A DNA stretch of 55,944 nt from a virus (Duplodnaviria; Caudoviricetes): positions 1 through 55,944 of the IMG/VR virus record IMGVR_UViG_3300044476_000120. The stretch is one strand, 5' to 3'. A program made the position numbers and the translations under genes. Of this stretch, positions 1 through 8,028 are shown piece by piece. The notes under the pieces were generated by a model. The model did not search any database. It worked only from the letters and a program-made list of their open reading frames with translations, and had not been told where the DNA came from. Each line of letters opens with the position of its first letter. Position 1 is the stretch's first letter.

Positions 1-210
1 GTGCGACGCCAGACCCCGACGTGAGGAAGAACTCGCCATCGGCGAACTCGCCCTCGATGTTGCCGGTCACGCGGCAGCGGGGGAGGATGCAGTGCACGTC
101 GCCGCCTGAGTCCGAGATGACCTGGCCTTCCACCTTGAAGAACGGACGGGCGTCCGTGGTCTTCTTGGTGAAGGTCTTCTTCTGGTTGGGGGTGGTGCCG
201 GTCTCCGCGA
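1..210. repeat. Terminal direct repeat (copy 1), assembly overlap of a circular or circularly permuted genome
   Basis: Identical to 55735-55944 except T128 vs C55862. Confidence 0.95.
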
Positions 211-475
211 TGGTGCCGCCCGCGAGGACCTTCAGGACCTCCAGGGAGAGGCCACCGGCCTCGAGGTCCCACTCCACGGACGGACCCTGACCGCGCGTGG
301 TCACGACCTTGTCGTCACCACGCAACTCGGTGAACTCCTCCGCCTCGGAGAACGAGAACGTCCTCGAGTTGGGGAGGTCCACCGACGTGCCGAGGGTGGT
401 CGCTGCGGCGTCGGTGTACGGCGTCAACTTGACGTCCCGGAGACCGTAGGGCAGCGGAACTGTGGTCAGAGGCAT
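1..475 (-). CDS. Major tail (tube) protein, 5' part; continues across the junction to 55658 (183 aa total)
   Basis: Own translation from ATG 475: MPLTTVPLPYGLRDVKLTPY...SFSEAEEFTELRGDD...VEWDLEAGGLSLE; joins the 55658 ORF in frame; directly upstream of tail assembly chaperones. Confidence 0.85.
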   Translation of the reverse strand, partial: MPLTTVPLPYGLRDVKLTPYTDAAATTLGTSVDLPNSRTFSFSEAEEFTELRGDDKVVTTRGQGPSVEWDLEAGGLSLEVLKVLAGGTIAETGTTPNQKKTFTKKTTDARPFFKVEGQVISDSGGDVHCILPRCRVTGNIEGEFADGEFFLTSGSGVA

Positions 476-478
476 GCT

Positions 479-658
479 TCACTTCCTTCTGATCGGGTCT
501 TTGAACCGGAGGGTCTCCACCAGTTCACCTGTCTGTGCGTTGAAGCGATGGATCACCACAACGCCTCGCTCCGCTCCGCAGAAGCGAGAAGAGCACTTGA
601 TCTCGATGGACGAGTCCGTGACCTCCCCGTGCTTCTTGTTCGGGCATCGCAAGTCCAT
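479..658 (-). CDS. 59-aa putative zinc-ribbon protein (Mu Com-like pattern)
   Basis: Not in ORF track; MDLRCPNKKHGEVTDSSIEIKCSSRFC...FKDPIRRK; fills the gap between flanking genes. Confidence 0.7.
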   Translation of the reverse strand: MDLRCPNKKHGEVTDSSIEIKCSSRFCGAERGVVVIHRFNAQTGELVETLRFKDPIRRK

Positions 659-664
659 CTGGGG

Positions 665-880
665 TCACGCCGTCTTGAACTCGGCAGGGTCCAGGAGGGC
701 GAGCGCTTCCTCGCTGAGATCCGACTCGAGGACCTTGAACCCGTTCGCGTGGTTCCACACGACGTCCGCCTGGCTGGCCACTCCGGCCTGCTTCCAGTCG
801 GCCCGGCTGATCTTCCGGAGGTCGGCGGTCCCGACGTACCGGACGAACCGGGGCTGCTTCTTGGCTTCGCTGGCGGTCAC
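665..880 (-). CDS. Hypothetical protein, tail region
   Basis: GTG start with GAGGAG RBS; phage-like codon usage. Confidence 0.7.
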   Translation of the reverse strand: MTASEAKKQPRFVRYVGTADLRKISRADWKQAGVASQADVVWNHANGFKVLESDLSEEALALLDPAEFKTA

Positions 881-905
881 ATGATGCTCCTCTCGACCGA
901 GACAG

Positions 906-1313
906 TTAGTCTCCGGGGGAAGCGTACCGTGAAACCGCCTGGAAGTCGGCATACCGGGTGACCGTGCCGTATCCATCGTCGAAGAGATCCGGGCCCTCGC
1001 CCAGCCACCGGGCGGTCGTCAGAACCCAGTCGTCGTCCCCCGCCAGGTGCACCTGCGCCGGGATCAGGGTGCGGAGACGGGCCAGCACGGTCTTGATCCG
1101 ACCGTAGTCCCGGCTCCGGTCGTGGGCCCAGACGCTGAAGCGATCCGTGCCGTGCACGCCGAAGGCTGCGTCCGTCGTGTCCCACCGGACGACCAGGAAC
1201 ATGTCCTCGCCGGGCGTGTCGACGGAGTTGGTCGCGTAGACGGCCTGCACCCCGGCAGCGGCCAACTCGGCGTCGCCTTCCAGGAGCGCCTGGACCGCTG
1301 CCCTAGCAGCCAT
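906..1313 (-). CDS. Putative tail terminator / head-tail connector
   Basis: 135 aa; position between neck gene and major tail; GGAGG RBS. Confidence 0.65.
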   Translation of the reverse strand: MAARAAVQALLEGDAELAAAGVQAVYATNSVDTPGEDMFLVVRWDTTDAAFGVHGTDRFSVWAHDRSRDYGRIKTVLARLRTLIPAQVHLAGDDDWVLTTARWLGEGPDLFDDGYGTVTRYADFQAVSRYASPGD

Positions 1314-1427
1314 GGTGGGACCTCCCGTATCGTGCCTCTCCCGGCGCGGAGAGGGCTGAGGGTGCGCTCGTGAAGGGTCGGCCGGCAGAAGGCGTCTCAG
1401 GAGCCTCCAGGACCCTGCACGGGCCCA

Positions 1428-1784
1428 TCATAGCACCTTGCTCCACAGTAGGGAGACCGTCGTCATCAGTTCCTTCGACTCGTGGTCTACGGTCGGGACG
1501 ATCACCCGGTACCTGCCGGACCAGCGGGTCTCCAGCCAGATGCCGTAGGGGACCGAGTGCCCGACCACGATCCGGTACCGGGGACGGTCGCGCTCGGCCT
1601 GCGCGAAGAGCCCGTTCCGAGCGTTGGAAGTCCGGTCGGTCCAGGGAGCGTTCTGCCGGGCGAACGCCACAGCCCTGGTGGCGTGATACCGGATGGACGC
1701 AGTCAGGAACCTGTCGATGCGGGCGTCCAGGGTCTGCAGGGTGTTGACGAGTTGCTTGTCTTCCCAGCGGATCCCGCTAGCCAC
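1428..1784 (-). CDS. HK97 gp10-like neck / tail completion protein
   Basis: NAPWTDRTSNARNGL and VPYGIWLE motifs; synteny. Confidence 0.75.
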   Translation of the reverse strand: MASGIRWEDKQLVNTLQTLDARIDRFLTASIRYHATRAVAFARQNAPWTDRTSNARNGLFAQAERDRPRYRIVVGHSVPYGIWLETRWSGRYRVIVPTVDHESKELMTTVSLLWSKVL

Positions 1785-2190
1785 GGGCCGACACCAGAGC
1801 GCGCTTCTCGTACCCGTTGTCGAAGTAGAGGTCGATGACCTCCCAGTCCTTGCCCTGGTGCGTGAAGACGTCCCACCGGGCGATGGCTGCGTCCCACTCC
1901 GCGACGATCTCGAAGGACACGACCCGCTCGACGCCGTCCAGGGTCGTCCGGGGGAGCGGCTGCCCGTCGAGCCCGGTCTGCTCCACCAAGGTCATCGTCT
2001 GGGGGGCCCGAGGAGTGCCCTCCAGGAGCGTCCACCCGCCTGCGGGTTGCTTCACCTTGGACCGTGGGGTCAGCGTGATCACGGTCGGGAGAGCAGCGAT
2101 GAAGGCCGACGTCAGCCTGCGCTGGACCTCGAGCGCGGTCGTCCCGGTCCCGGTGCCAGACCCGGGTGGGCTCGGGATGATGATGCTCAC
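1777..2190 (-). CDS. Putative head-to-tail stopper
   Basis: Size, synteny, C-terminal D-x-F-x-H-x-G-x-x-W-E-V pattern. Confidence 0.6.
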   Translation of the reverse strand: MSIIIPSPPGSGTGTGTTALEVQRRLTSAFIAALPTVITLTPRSKVKQPAGGWTLLEGTPRAPQTMTLVEQTGLDGQPLPRTTLDGVERVVSFEIVAEWDAAIARWDVFTHQGKDWEVIDLYFDNGYEKRALVSARG

Positions 2191-2194
2191 GACG

Positions 2195-2461
2195 TCACAC
2201 TCCCGTCCACGATCCGCCGACTCGGGCTACGGTGTCCACGTCCCCCATCGTACCGGACGCCTTGCGCTTGATCTTCGTGGTCTTGTTCCAGGATCCTCCG
2301 GCACGGATGCTGGGGTTCCCTGCACCCCCGGGCGCGGCGGTCGTGCCAAACACCCAGTCTCGCCGGACGAGGAGACCCGCTGTCTCCCCCGGGCCCGGGG
2401 CCAGGAAGAGACCAGTCGGCCCGAGGTTGCCCCCACTGAGAGGGAGGACCTTCCCGCTCAC
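2195..2461 (-). CDS. Small virion-associated hypothetical protein
   Basis: Overlaps flanking genes; GGSW repeats typical of fibre accessory proteins. Confidence 0.55.
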   Translation of the reverse strand: MSGKVLPLSGGNLGPTGLFLAPGPGETAGLLVRRDWVFGTTAAPGGAGNPSIRAGGSWNKTTKIKRKASGTMGDVDTVARVGGSWTGV

Positions 2462-2468
2462 GGCTCGC

Positions 2469-3284
2469 CTACCCGCTGCTGACGTTGATCAGCATCTCCG
2501 GAGCCCCGGAGTTGGTAGAGTCTGCCGCGATGATCGGCCAGAGAGCGCTGGTGTCGTAGATCTTCTTGAGGCCGGTCTTGTCGAACCCGTGGACGTCTCC
2601 ACCACCAGCCACGGGGACGCGCATCCCGGCGTAGATCTGACGTGCGAGGATGATGTTGAACGACCCGGTCGCGGCTGCGGTGCCGCCCACGATGACGGAC
2701 GTGATCTGGCTGACGCCCTTGTCCCCTGCCTGCAGCGGGAGTTGGACGAGACGGCCCGTGATGAAGCCCGAGAGCGAGCCGGACGAGACCGTGGTCCGGC
2801 CGGTGGTCCCGTCGCTGTTGGTGTAACCAACCTGGACGGTGACAGCGCTGGCCGCGATGGCGGTGTTGACCTCGAGCCAGATCTCGTTGCCGTCGCCGAT
2901 CCCGTCGGGCATGCGACCCGTCGCGTCCGGGATGGACGTGAGGGTGTAGGTCGTCGGGGCAGCCGGGGTCGTCGGGAAGGACCCCGCGTGGAACAGCCGG
3001 TCGTACAACTTGAAGCGACACGCCACGCTGTTGCTGAAGGCGATGGAGTGCAGGACTCCCTCTCCCCCTCCGAACGAACCGATCGCCGGGAAGCCCGCTG
3101 TCGCGTCGGTGGGGACGACGCCGTTGGTCGTGTTGCCGATCGTGAGGCTGCCCGCGCCCGGGTTGCCGTTGCGGTCGAGGAGGGTGTGCCACTGCGCCGC
3201 AACGGTCGTCGCGGTGTTCGTCTTCACGAACGGCAGCCCGTCCTTGAGCGCCGCGACGAGGGCGTCGACGGTCGTGATCGGCAT
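2469..3284 (-). CDS. Virion structural protein (fibre/decoration module)
   Basis: 271 aa, Thr/Gly/Ala-rich, beta-type composition; GGAG RBS. Confidence 0.65.
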   Translation of the reverse strand: MPITTVDALVAALKDGLPFVKTNTATTVAAQWHTLLDRNGNPGAGSLTIGNTTNGVVPTDATAGFPAIGSFGGGEGVLHSIAFSNSVACRFKLYDRLFHAGSFPTTPAAPTTYTLTSIPDATGRMPDGIGDGNEIWLEVNTAIAASAVTVQVGYTNSDGTTGRTTVSSGSLSGFITGRLVQLPLQAGDKGVSQITSVIVGGTAAATGSFNIILARQIYAGMRVPVAGGGDVHGFDKTGLKKIYDTSALWPIIAADSTNSGAPEMLINVSSG

Positions 3285-3292
3285 GGGGTCTC

Positions 3293-3457
3293 CTAGGGTG
3301 TGTTGTCGATCCAGACGTCCCCATCGGCGGCAGCGCCAGCCGGGTCCGTACCCTTGACCCAGACCTTCGCGCCGTTGATGATGACGTACTCGAGCGTGGT
3401 GGAGATCGGCACCCCGGCTGTGGCCTGGATGCCGGACGGTCCGACGACCTTGGGCAT
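3293..3457 (-). CDS. 54-aa fibre-associated protein
   Basis: Not in ORF track; MPKVVGPSG...DPAGAAADGDVWIDNTP; GDVWID motif of fibre proteins; GGAGG RBS. Confidence 0.6.
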   Translation of the reverse strand: MPKVVGPSGIQATAGVPISTTLEYVIINGAKVWVKGTDPAGAAADGDVWIDNTP

Positions 3458-3468
3458 GGCGCGCCTCC

Positions 3469-4272
3469 CTACCCGTGCACGACCACCCGGTACTGTCCCG
3501 AGGTCGGGGCGACCGCGAACTTGACCGTGATGGTGTTGGCGGACGTGTGCTCGATGTCGGCCAGGACCTCTTCGAAGGTGCCCGACGCCAGGTAGACAGC
3601 GACGGTCACGTCCTGGGTGTTCAGGGAGTGCGTCACGACGATGTTGGTGGTCGAGCCGTCGCCGATCGCGGCTGCGTACTTCCGGACGACCACCGCCGTG
3701 TCGACGTCGACGTCTGTGCGGGTCGAGCCCGCGTTGTCGGTGGCGACCAGACCAGTGCCGAAGTTCAGAGTCGGCCGCTGTGTCAGGCCGGTCCCGCTCT
3801 CCTGGACCGTCTGGTAGTTCGCCGAACCGGCCGAGATCTGGGAGAAGGCGAGCGCTGTCGTCCCGACGACGATGGCTCCGTTGGTGGTGAGGATGAACGC
3901 CTTGTCGGCGTTGGCCGTACCCTCGCTGACCGACACCACCATGCCGGACTCGACCTCAGCGTTGGCGTCGGCGTCCGTCGCCCGGGACCAGGCGCCAGCG
4001 GCCACGACGTAGATGCCGTTGGCCGATGCGGTGGACTGGTCCTTGAGGAGGACACGGTCGCCAGCGACGAGGCTCACGCCGTCGATCGTCTGCGGCCCGG
4101 AGAGGGACGCCACGTTCGCCGTGGAGGCTGCGCGGACCGGCTGCTTCCAGTCCAGACCGCCGAACAGGCTGTCGACGTATCCCTTGGTCGCTGCGTCCTG
4201 AGCGGACGTCGGATCCAGGACGTTGACGATCTTCTTGCTGACCAGATCGAGGCTTGCGCCGAGGACCTTCAT
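3469..4272 (-). CDS. Head decoration / fibre protein
   Basis: DPTSAQDAATKGYVD and WKQPVRAAST...IDGVSLVAGDRVLLKDQ...NGIYV motifs of phage fibre proteins. Confidence 0.75.
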   Translation of the reverse strand: MKVLGASLDLVSKKIVNVLDPTSAQDAATKGYVDSLFGGLDWKQPVRAASTANVASLSGPQTIDGVSLVAGDRVLLKDQSTASANGIYVVAAGAWSRATDADANAEVESGMVVSVSEGTANADKAFILTTNGAIVVGTTALAFSQISAGSANYQTVQESGTGLTQRPTLNFGTGLVATDNAGSTRTDVDVDTAVVVRKYAAAIGDGSTTNIVVTHSLNTQDVTVAVYLASGTFEEVLADIEHTSANTITVKFAVAPTSGQYRVVVHG

Positions 4273-4282
4273 GCTGTTCCCT

Positions 4283-4723
4283 TCACGAGAGGTAGGCGGA
4301 CCCCAGGTACGGGGCGTCCAGTCCGACGATGACAGTGTTCACGTCCGGCCAACTGACGTCGGTCAGGACTTCCTCGCCCCCGATCACGACGGAGACGTTG
4401 GGGTTGAAGCCCAGGTTGTGGATGATGGTCCACGTCTGGTTCGGGATGGTCTGCACGTGCACGTACGACGGGGCGAGCGCGCCGTCCTCCACATCGAACG
4501 GGACGGTGATCCCGAACACCGCGAAGTCGTACGACCCGGGTGCGATGTAGAAACTGAGGTTGCCGACGGAGTCCGTCAGCACTGGGTTGGTCTTGGGGAC
4601 CAGTCCGTCCGGGTCCACGAACAGGGGAGGCTTCGTCGCGGACCCGCGGAGGCGAACCTCGATGGGCTGCCCGGCAGCGATCTGGCCGTTGGCGTAGCGG
4701 AAGTTCTCCCGGACGAGGATCAC
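4283..4723 (-). CDS. Virion structural protein
   Basis: NPVLTDSVGNLSFY and WTIIHNLG motifs typical of fibre-associated proteins. Confidence 0.65.
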   Translation of the reverse strand: MILVRENFRYANGQIAAGQPIEVRLRGSATKPPLFVDPDGLVPKTNPVLTDSVGNLSFYIAPGSYDFAVFGITVPFDVEDGALAPSYVHVQTIPNQTWTIIHNLGFNPNVSVVIGGEEVLTDVSWPDVNTVIVGLDAPYLGSAYLS

Positions 4724-5040
4724 TGTCGCTCGATCTTCCGGGTACGGCTCACGCGACCAGAGGGACTCCCTCCGGCCGCTGCGACCTCAGCCTCGAAACT
4801 GGCGGCCATCTCCAGCGCCTGCTTCTGCAGTTGCGAGAGGGTCCGCTTGGAGTTGCCCTCCTGGACGTCGACCAGGTTGGCGTAGCCTGCGGCCTTCTCC
4901 CTCCAGAGGGATGAGGCGATTGTCCGCGGGTCGGTTCCCTCGTCGAGGATGGTACCGAGGCGAGCGTCCGTGTAGGGCTCGGCGTCCACAGGCTCCGCGA
5001 TGAGGAGGCGGAGTGCGGAGATGTCCTCGGCGCTGGCCAC
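4720..5040 (-). CDS. Head-to-tail adaptor
   Basis: GTG start with GAGGAGG RBS; LRLLI...LWREKAA...VDVQEG pattern; synteny. Confidence 0.7.
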   Translation of the reverse strand: MASAEDISALRLLIAEPVDAEPYTDARLGTILDEGTDPRTIASSLWREKAAGYANLVDVQEGNSKRTLSQLQKQALEMAASFEAEVAAAGGSPSGRVSRTRKIERQ

Positions 5041-5071
5041 GCGGTCCTCCTCTGGGTGATGAATGGGGGTG

Positions 5072-5110
5072 TGTCCCCCAGGGCTCCCCAACCAAGAGCC
5101 CTGGGGGACA
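5072..5110 (-). terminator. Stem-loop after capsid operon
   Basis: 15-bp inverted repeat TGTCCCCCAGGGCTC/GAGCCCTGGGGGACA. Confidence 0.6.
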
Positions 5111-5115
5111 GACTG

Positions 5116-5478
5116 CTAGAGCGCCAGGACTCCCTTGCGCCCTCGACCCTCGGCCTCGAGAGCCAGGACCCGCTCCTTGTCGTCCGGGTTCGCCTTGAGG
5201 TGGGCGGCGATCTCGGCCTCGGTGTGGTCCTGCGGGTTGAAGTCCTGACCAGCACTGCTGCCGATCAGGTCCTCGAGGCTCTCCTCGGGGTTCTCCACGC
5301 CCTCGGCGGTGGAACCCTCACCCTTGACAGCCTCGGAGCCCTCGGGCTCTTCTCGGGCCGTCTCGGACGCCGCGAGCCCGTTGACCTCGACCAGGCGGTC
5401 GATGCGGGACTGCGGGAAGCGAGCCATCAGCCACTCCAGGTCATCCGGAGTGAGCGGGCCGTTGAACTCTCGTGCCAT
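5116..5478 (-). CDS. Hypothetical protein after capsid gene
   Basis: Acidic linker; C-terminal E-x-x-G-x-x-R-K-G-V-L motif common in post-capsid genes. Confidence 0.7.
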   Translation of the reverse strand: MAREFNGPLTPDDLEWLMARFPQSRIDRLVEVNGLAASETAREEPEGSEAVKGEGSTAEGVENPEESLEDLIGSSAGQDFNPQDHTEAEIAAHLKANPDDKERVLALEAEGRGRKGVLAL

Positions 5479-5494
5479 GGTTGGGTCAGCCCTC

Positions 5495-6676
5495 TCAGGC
5501 GTACTGCGTCGGGATGGTGTAGGCACCAGCGGTGATCTTCATCACCATGCCCGCACCACGCTGGCGGATGCCCGTGCCGAAGCCACGAGCGTAGTAGGAG
5601 TCGATCAGCGGGTACGCCGCGTCCCGACCCTTGACCAGGCGGAGCCCACGCAGGCCCGGGTTGGCGTGCTCACGCAGGCCGACCGGGTTCTGGATGTTGG
5701 CGTCGCCACCGGACACCAGAGCCACCACGTACCCGGCGGGGACGTAGTCCTCCTCGATGATGAGGAGCGGTCCGTAGTTGCCGATCACGTTCAGCCCACG
5801 GAAGGTGGACGCGACCTGCGACTGGCCCACGAGGGTCGAGTCGGGCAGGATGAGACCGGGCTGGCCCTGCGCCGGGATGAAGTCGTACCGGGAGCCGGTC
5901 GCGACCCGGAAGGTCCGGATCACGTTGGCCTCGGCCACGTTCACGAGGGCGAAGGTGGTGGACCCGTTCTCGGCCGAGTAGCCGTGCGACTTGAAGTCGT
6001 CGGTGATCTCGTCCAGGTCCCCGGCCGTGATGGTCGCAGCACCGCTGGAGCGGTAGTGCGTGTGGGTGCCGTCGAACGTGTTCGCCTTGTAGGCCGGGGG
6101 CACCGTGGTGTCGCCGTTCCAGAAGGCATACACGTTGTAGTTCTGGCCCTTGATGGACGCCGTCCGGTTGGTGTTCCGGAAGATCGTCTTCATGACCTCC
6201 TTGAACAGCAGCCGGTTGTCGGCGTCGAGCACCTGCTGGTGGACGGCCTCGATGCGCTGCGACGTGGCGTCCGCGAGGAACTGCCACGTGAAGCGGTTCG
6301 CGATGTCGTACCACTTGAAGGTGTAGCCGAGGGACAGCACGCTGGCGTCCGGACGGATGCCGACGGGGACGCCGTACTCCGACGCCTCCTCGAAGTCCTC
6401 GGTGCCGAACTGCGGGACGTCCTCGATGACGTTGGTCACCGGGAAGGTCAGCAGGTCGATCAGCCGCTGGCGCTCGGCGTTCTGGATCGCGACCGTGGCC
6501 TGGAACTCGGTCCAGATCTCGTTCAGGTCGCGGCCGTCGGCCGACATCGTGAGGACGTCGGCGCTGGCGTTGTAGCCCTTGGCCATGATGGCGTCGCCGA
6601 ATCGGGCGCGGCTCTCGGCGAGCAGGCGCTCGACCTGACCGTCGATCATCTCGCGGTCGATCTGAGTCTTGGTCAT
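5495..6676 (-). CDS. Major capsid protein
   Basis: 393 aa; DFEEASEYGVP, YPLIDSYYARGFGTGIRQRG motifs of actinophage capsids; synteny. Confidence 0.9.
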   Translation of the reverse strand: MTKTQIDREMIDGQVERLLAESRARFGDAIMAKGYNASADVLTMSADGRDLNEIWTEFQATVAIQNAERQRLIDLLTFPVTNVIEDVPQFGTEDFEEASEYGVPVGIRPDASVLSLGYTFKWYDIANRFTWQFLADATSQRIEAVHQQVLDADNRLLFKEVMKTIFRNTNRTASIKGQNYNVYAFWNGDTTVPPAYKANTFDGTHTHYRSSGAATITAGDLDEITDDFKSHGYSAENGSTTFALVNVAEANVIRTFRVATGSRYDFIPAQGQPGLILPDSTLVGQSQVASTFRGLNVIGNYGPLLIIEEDYVPAGYVVALVSGGDANIQNPVGLREHANPGLRGLRLVKGRDAAYPLIDSYYARGFGTGIRQRGAGMVMKITAGAYTIPTQYA

Positions 6677-6680
6677 GTCG

Positions 6681-7064
6681 TCAGCCCTGCACCTTCTGGA
6701 CGCGGACGACGAGGCGCGAGGCCTCGGCTGCCCATCCGACTCGGACCTTGTTGACGCCAGCGCCCGGGGCCACGGCCTCGAGAGTGGCGTCTGCCTTGGA
6801 GTAGTACACCGCGCCGGGGGTCAGCGCGACCCCGACGATCTCGCCCGCCGTCATGACGTCGACGACGTCACCGGCGGACTTGGGGGCGTCGATGACGACG
6901 ACGCCCAGAGCGGTGTCGACCGCGGAGACCTTCACGACGCGCCCGTTGCCGTCCAGAGCGACGGCCGTGGGGACGCCCACGGAACCGCTGGTCCAGTCGG
7001 CCGCGAGAGCGGCGCGGAAGCCACCGGAGATCGGGTCATACTTGTCATAGCGAACTGCGGCCAT
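6681..7064 (-). CDS. Capsid decoration / minor capsid protein
   Basis: RYDKYDPISGGFRAALAAD; lies between scaffold and capsid. Confidence 0.7.
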   Translation of the reverse strand: MAAVRYDKYDPISGGFRAALAADWTSGSVGVPTAVALDGNGRVVKVSAVDTALGVVVIDAPKSAGDVVDVMTAGEIVGVALTPGAVYYSKADATLEAVAPGAGVNKVRVGWAAEASRLVVRVQKVQG

Positions 7065-7097
7065 GAGTGTGCCCTTTCGGTGGTTGTTGGATGAGGA

Positions 7098-7895
7098 TCA
7101 GCGCCGGAGCGCCGGGTACTTCTTGAGCAACTTCTCGCGGTTCGGGTTGGTGCCCTTGGACCGCGACCCTGTCGGCTGACCGACGCGCCGGGCGGGTGTC
7201 TTCTCGCCGTCGTCCTTGCCGTCCTCCACGAGGTACGGGTCGGACTTGGCGAGCGCCGCGATCGCATCCTCGAGCCCGTCAAAGGTGCCGTCGTCGTCCA
7301 CGTCGACCTCGTTGAGGTCGAGCAACTTGAAGGCCGTCTTGGGGTTCTTGAACTTGATCTTGGCCTGGGGCCCGGTGGTCAGGGTCGTGAACTCCGTCTG
7401 GAGGGACTGCTGAACCAGTTGCTGCTTGAGCCGCTGGTTCTCCTGCTCCAGAGGGTTCGGAGCGTCGTCGGCAGTCTTGCCGGCGTCGTCCTTGCCGGAG
7501 TCCGTTCCCTTCCCCTTGAGTCGAGCGTTCTCGGCCTCGAGGTCGGCGATGCGCTGGGCCTGCGACCTGATGCGCATCCGCTTCTTCTTGGCCTCCTTGC
7601 TCAACTCCAGGATGCGGGCGTCCTTGGGGTCGTCGACCTTCTTGGATCCCTCATCCGCGTCGTCGGCGTCATCGCTGTCGTCTTCGTCGTCGTCGCCGTC
7701 CTCGGCGTCGTCTTCGTCGTCGTCAGCGTCACTGCCGGCGTTGTCTCCTGCGTCCATCCGGGCGTTGCCGTAGAGGGTCGCGCTGAGGGCCAGAAGGTCC
7801 TCGATGCTTCCCTCCGAGAGGAGCCGGTGCTTCTGCTCGGAGATGGACTCGGTGGACTGGCCGCAACCTGCGGCAACTGCGAGGCTCAGCCTCAT
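7098..7895 (-). CDS. Scaffolding protein
   Basis: Asp-rich tract, coiled coil, C-terminal KKYPAL; synteny. Confidence 0.8.
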   Translation of the reverse strand: MRLSLAVAAGCGQSTESISEQKHRLLSEGSIEDLLALSATLYGNARMDAGDNAGSDADDDEDDAEDGDDDEDDSDDADDADEGSKKVDDPKDARILELSKEAKKKRMRIRSQAQRIADLEAENARLKGKGTDSGKDDAGKTADDAPNPLEQENQRLKQQLVQQSLQTEFTTLTTGPQAKIKFKNPKTAFKLLDLNEVDVDDDGTFDGLEDAIAALAKSDPYLVEDGKDDGEKTPARRVGQPTGSRSKGTNPNREKLLKKYPALRR

Positions 7896-8028
7896 CTTCC
7901 GTGACCTCCTGGTCGTGTCGGACTTTCACGCAGAAGCGTACCCTACACGGACGGGGACGCGCACCTATGCTGTTCCCGGACGGCGAGCCTCGGGCAGTTC
8001 CTTCATCTCCCCGGCCTTGATGATGAAC

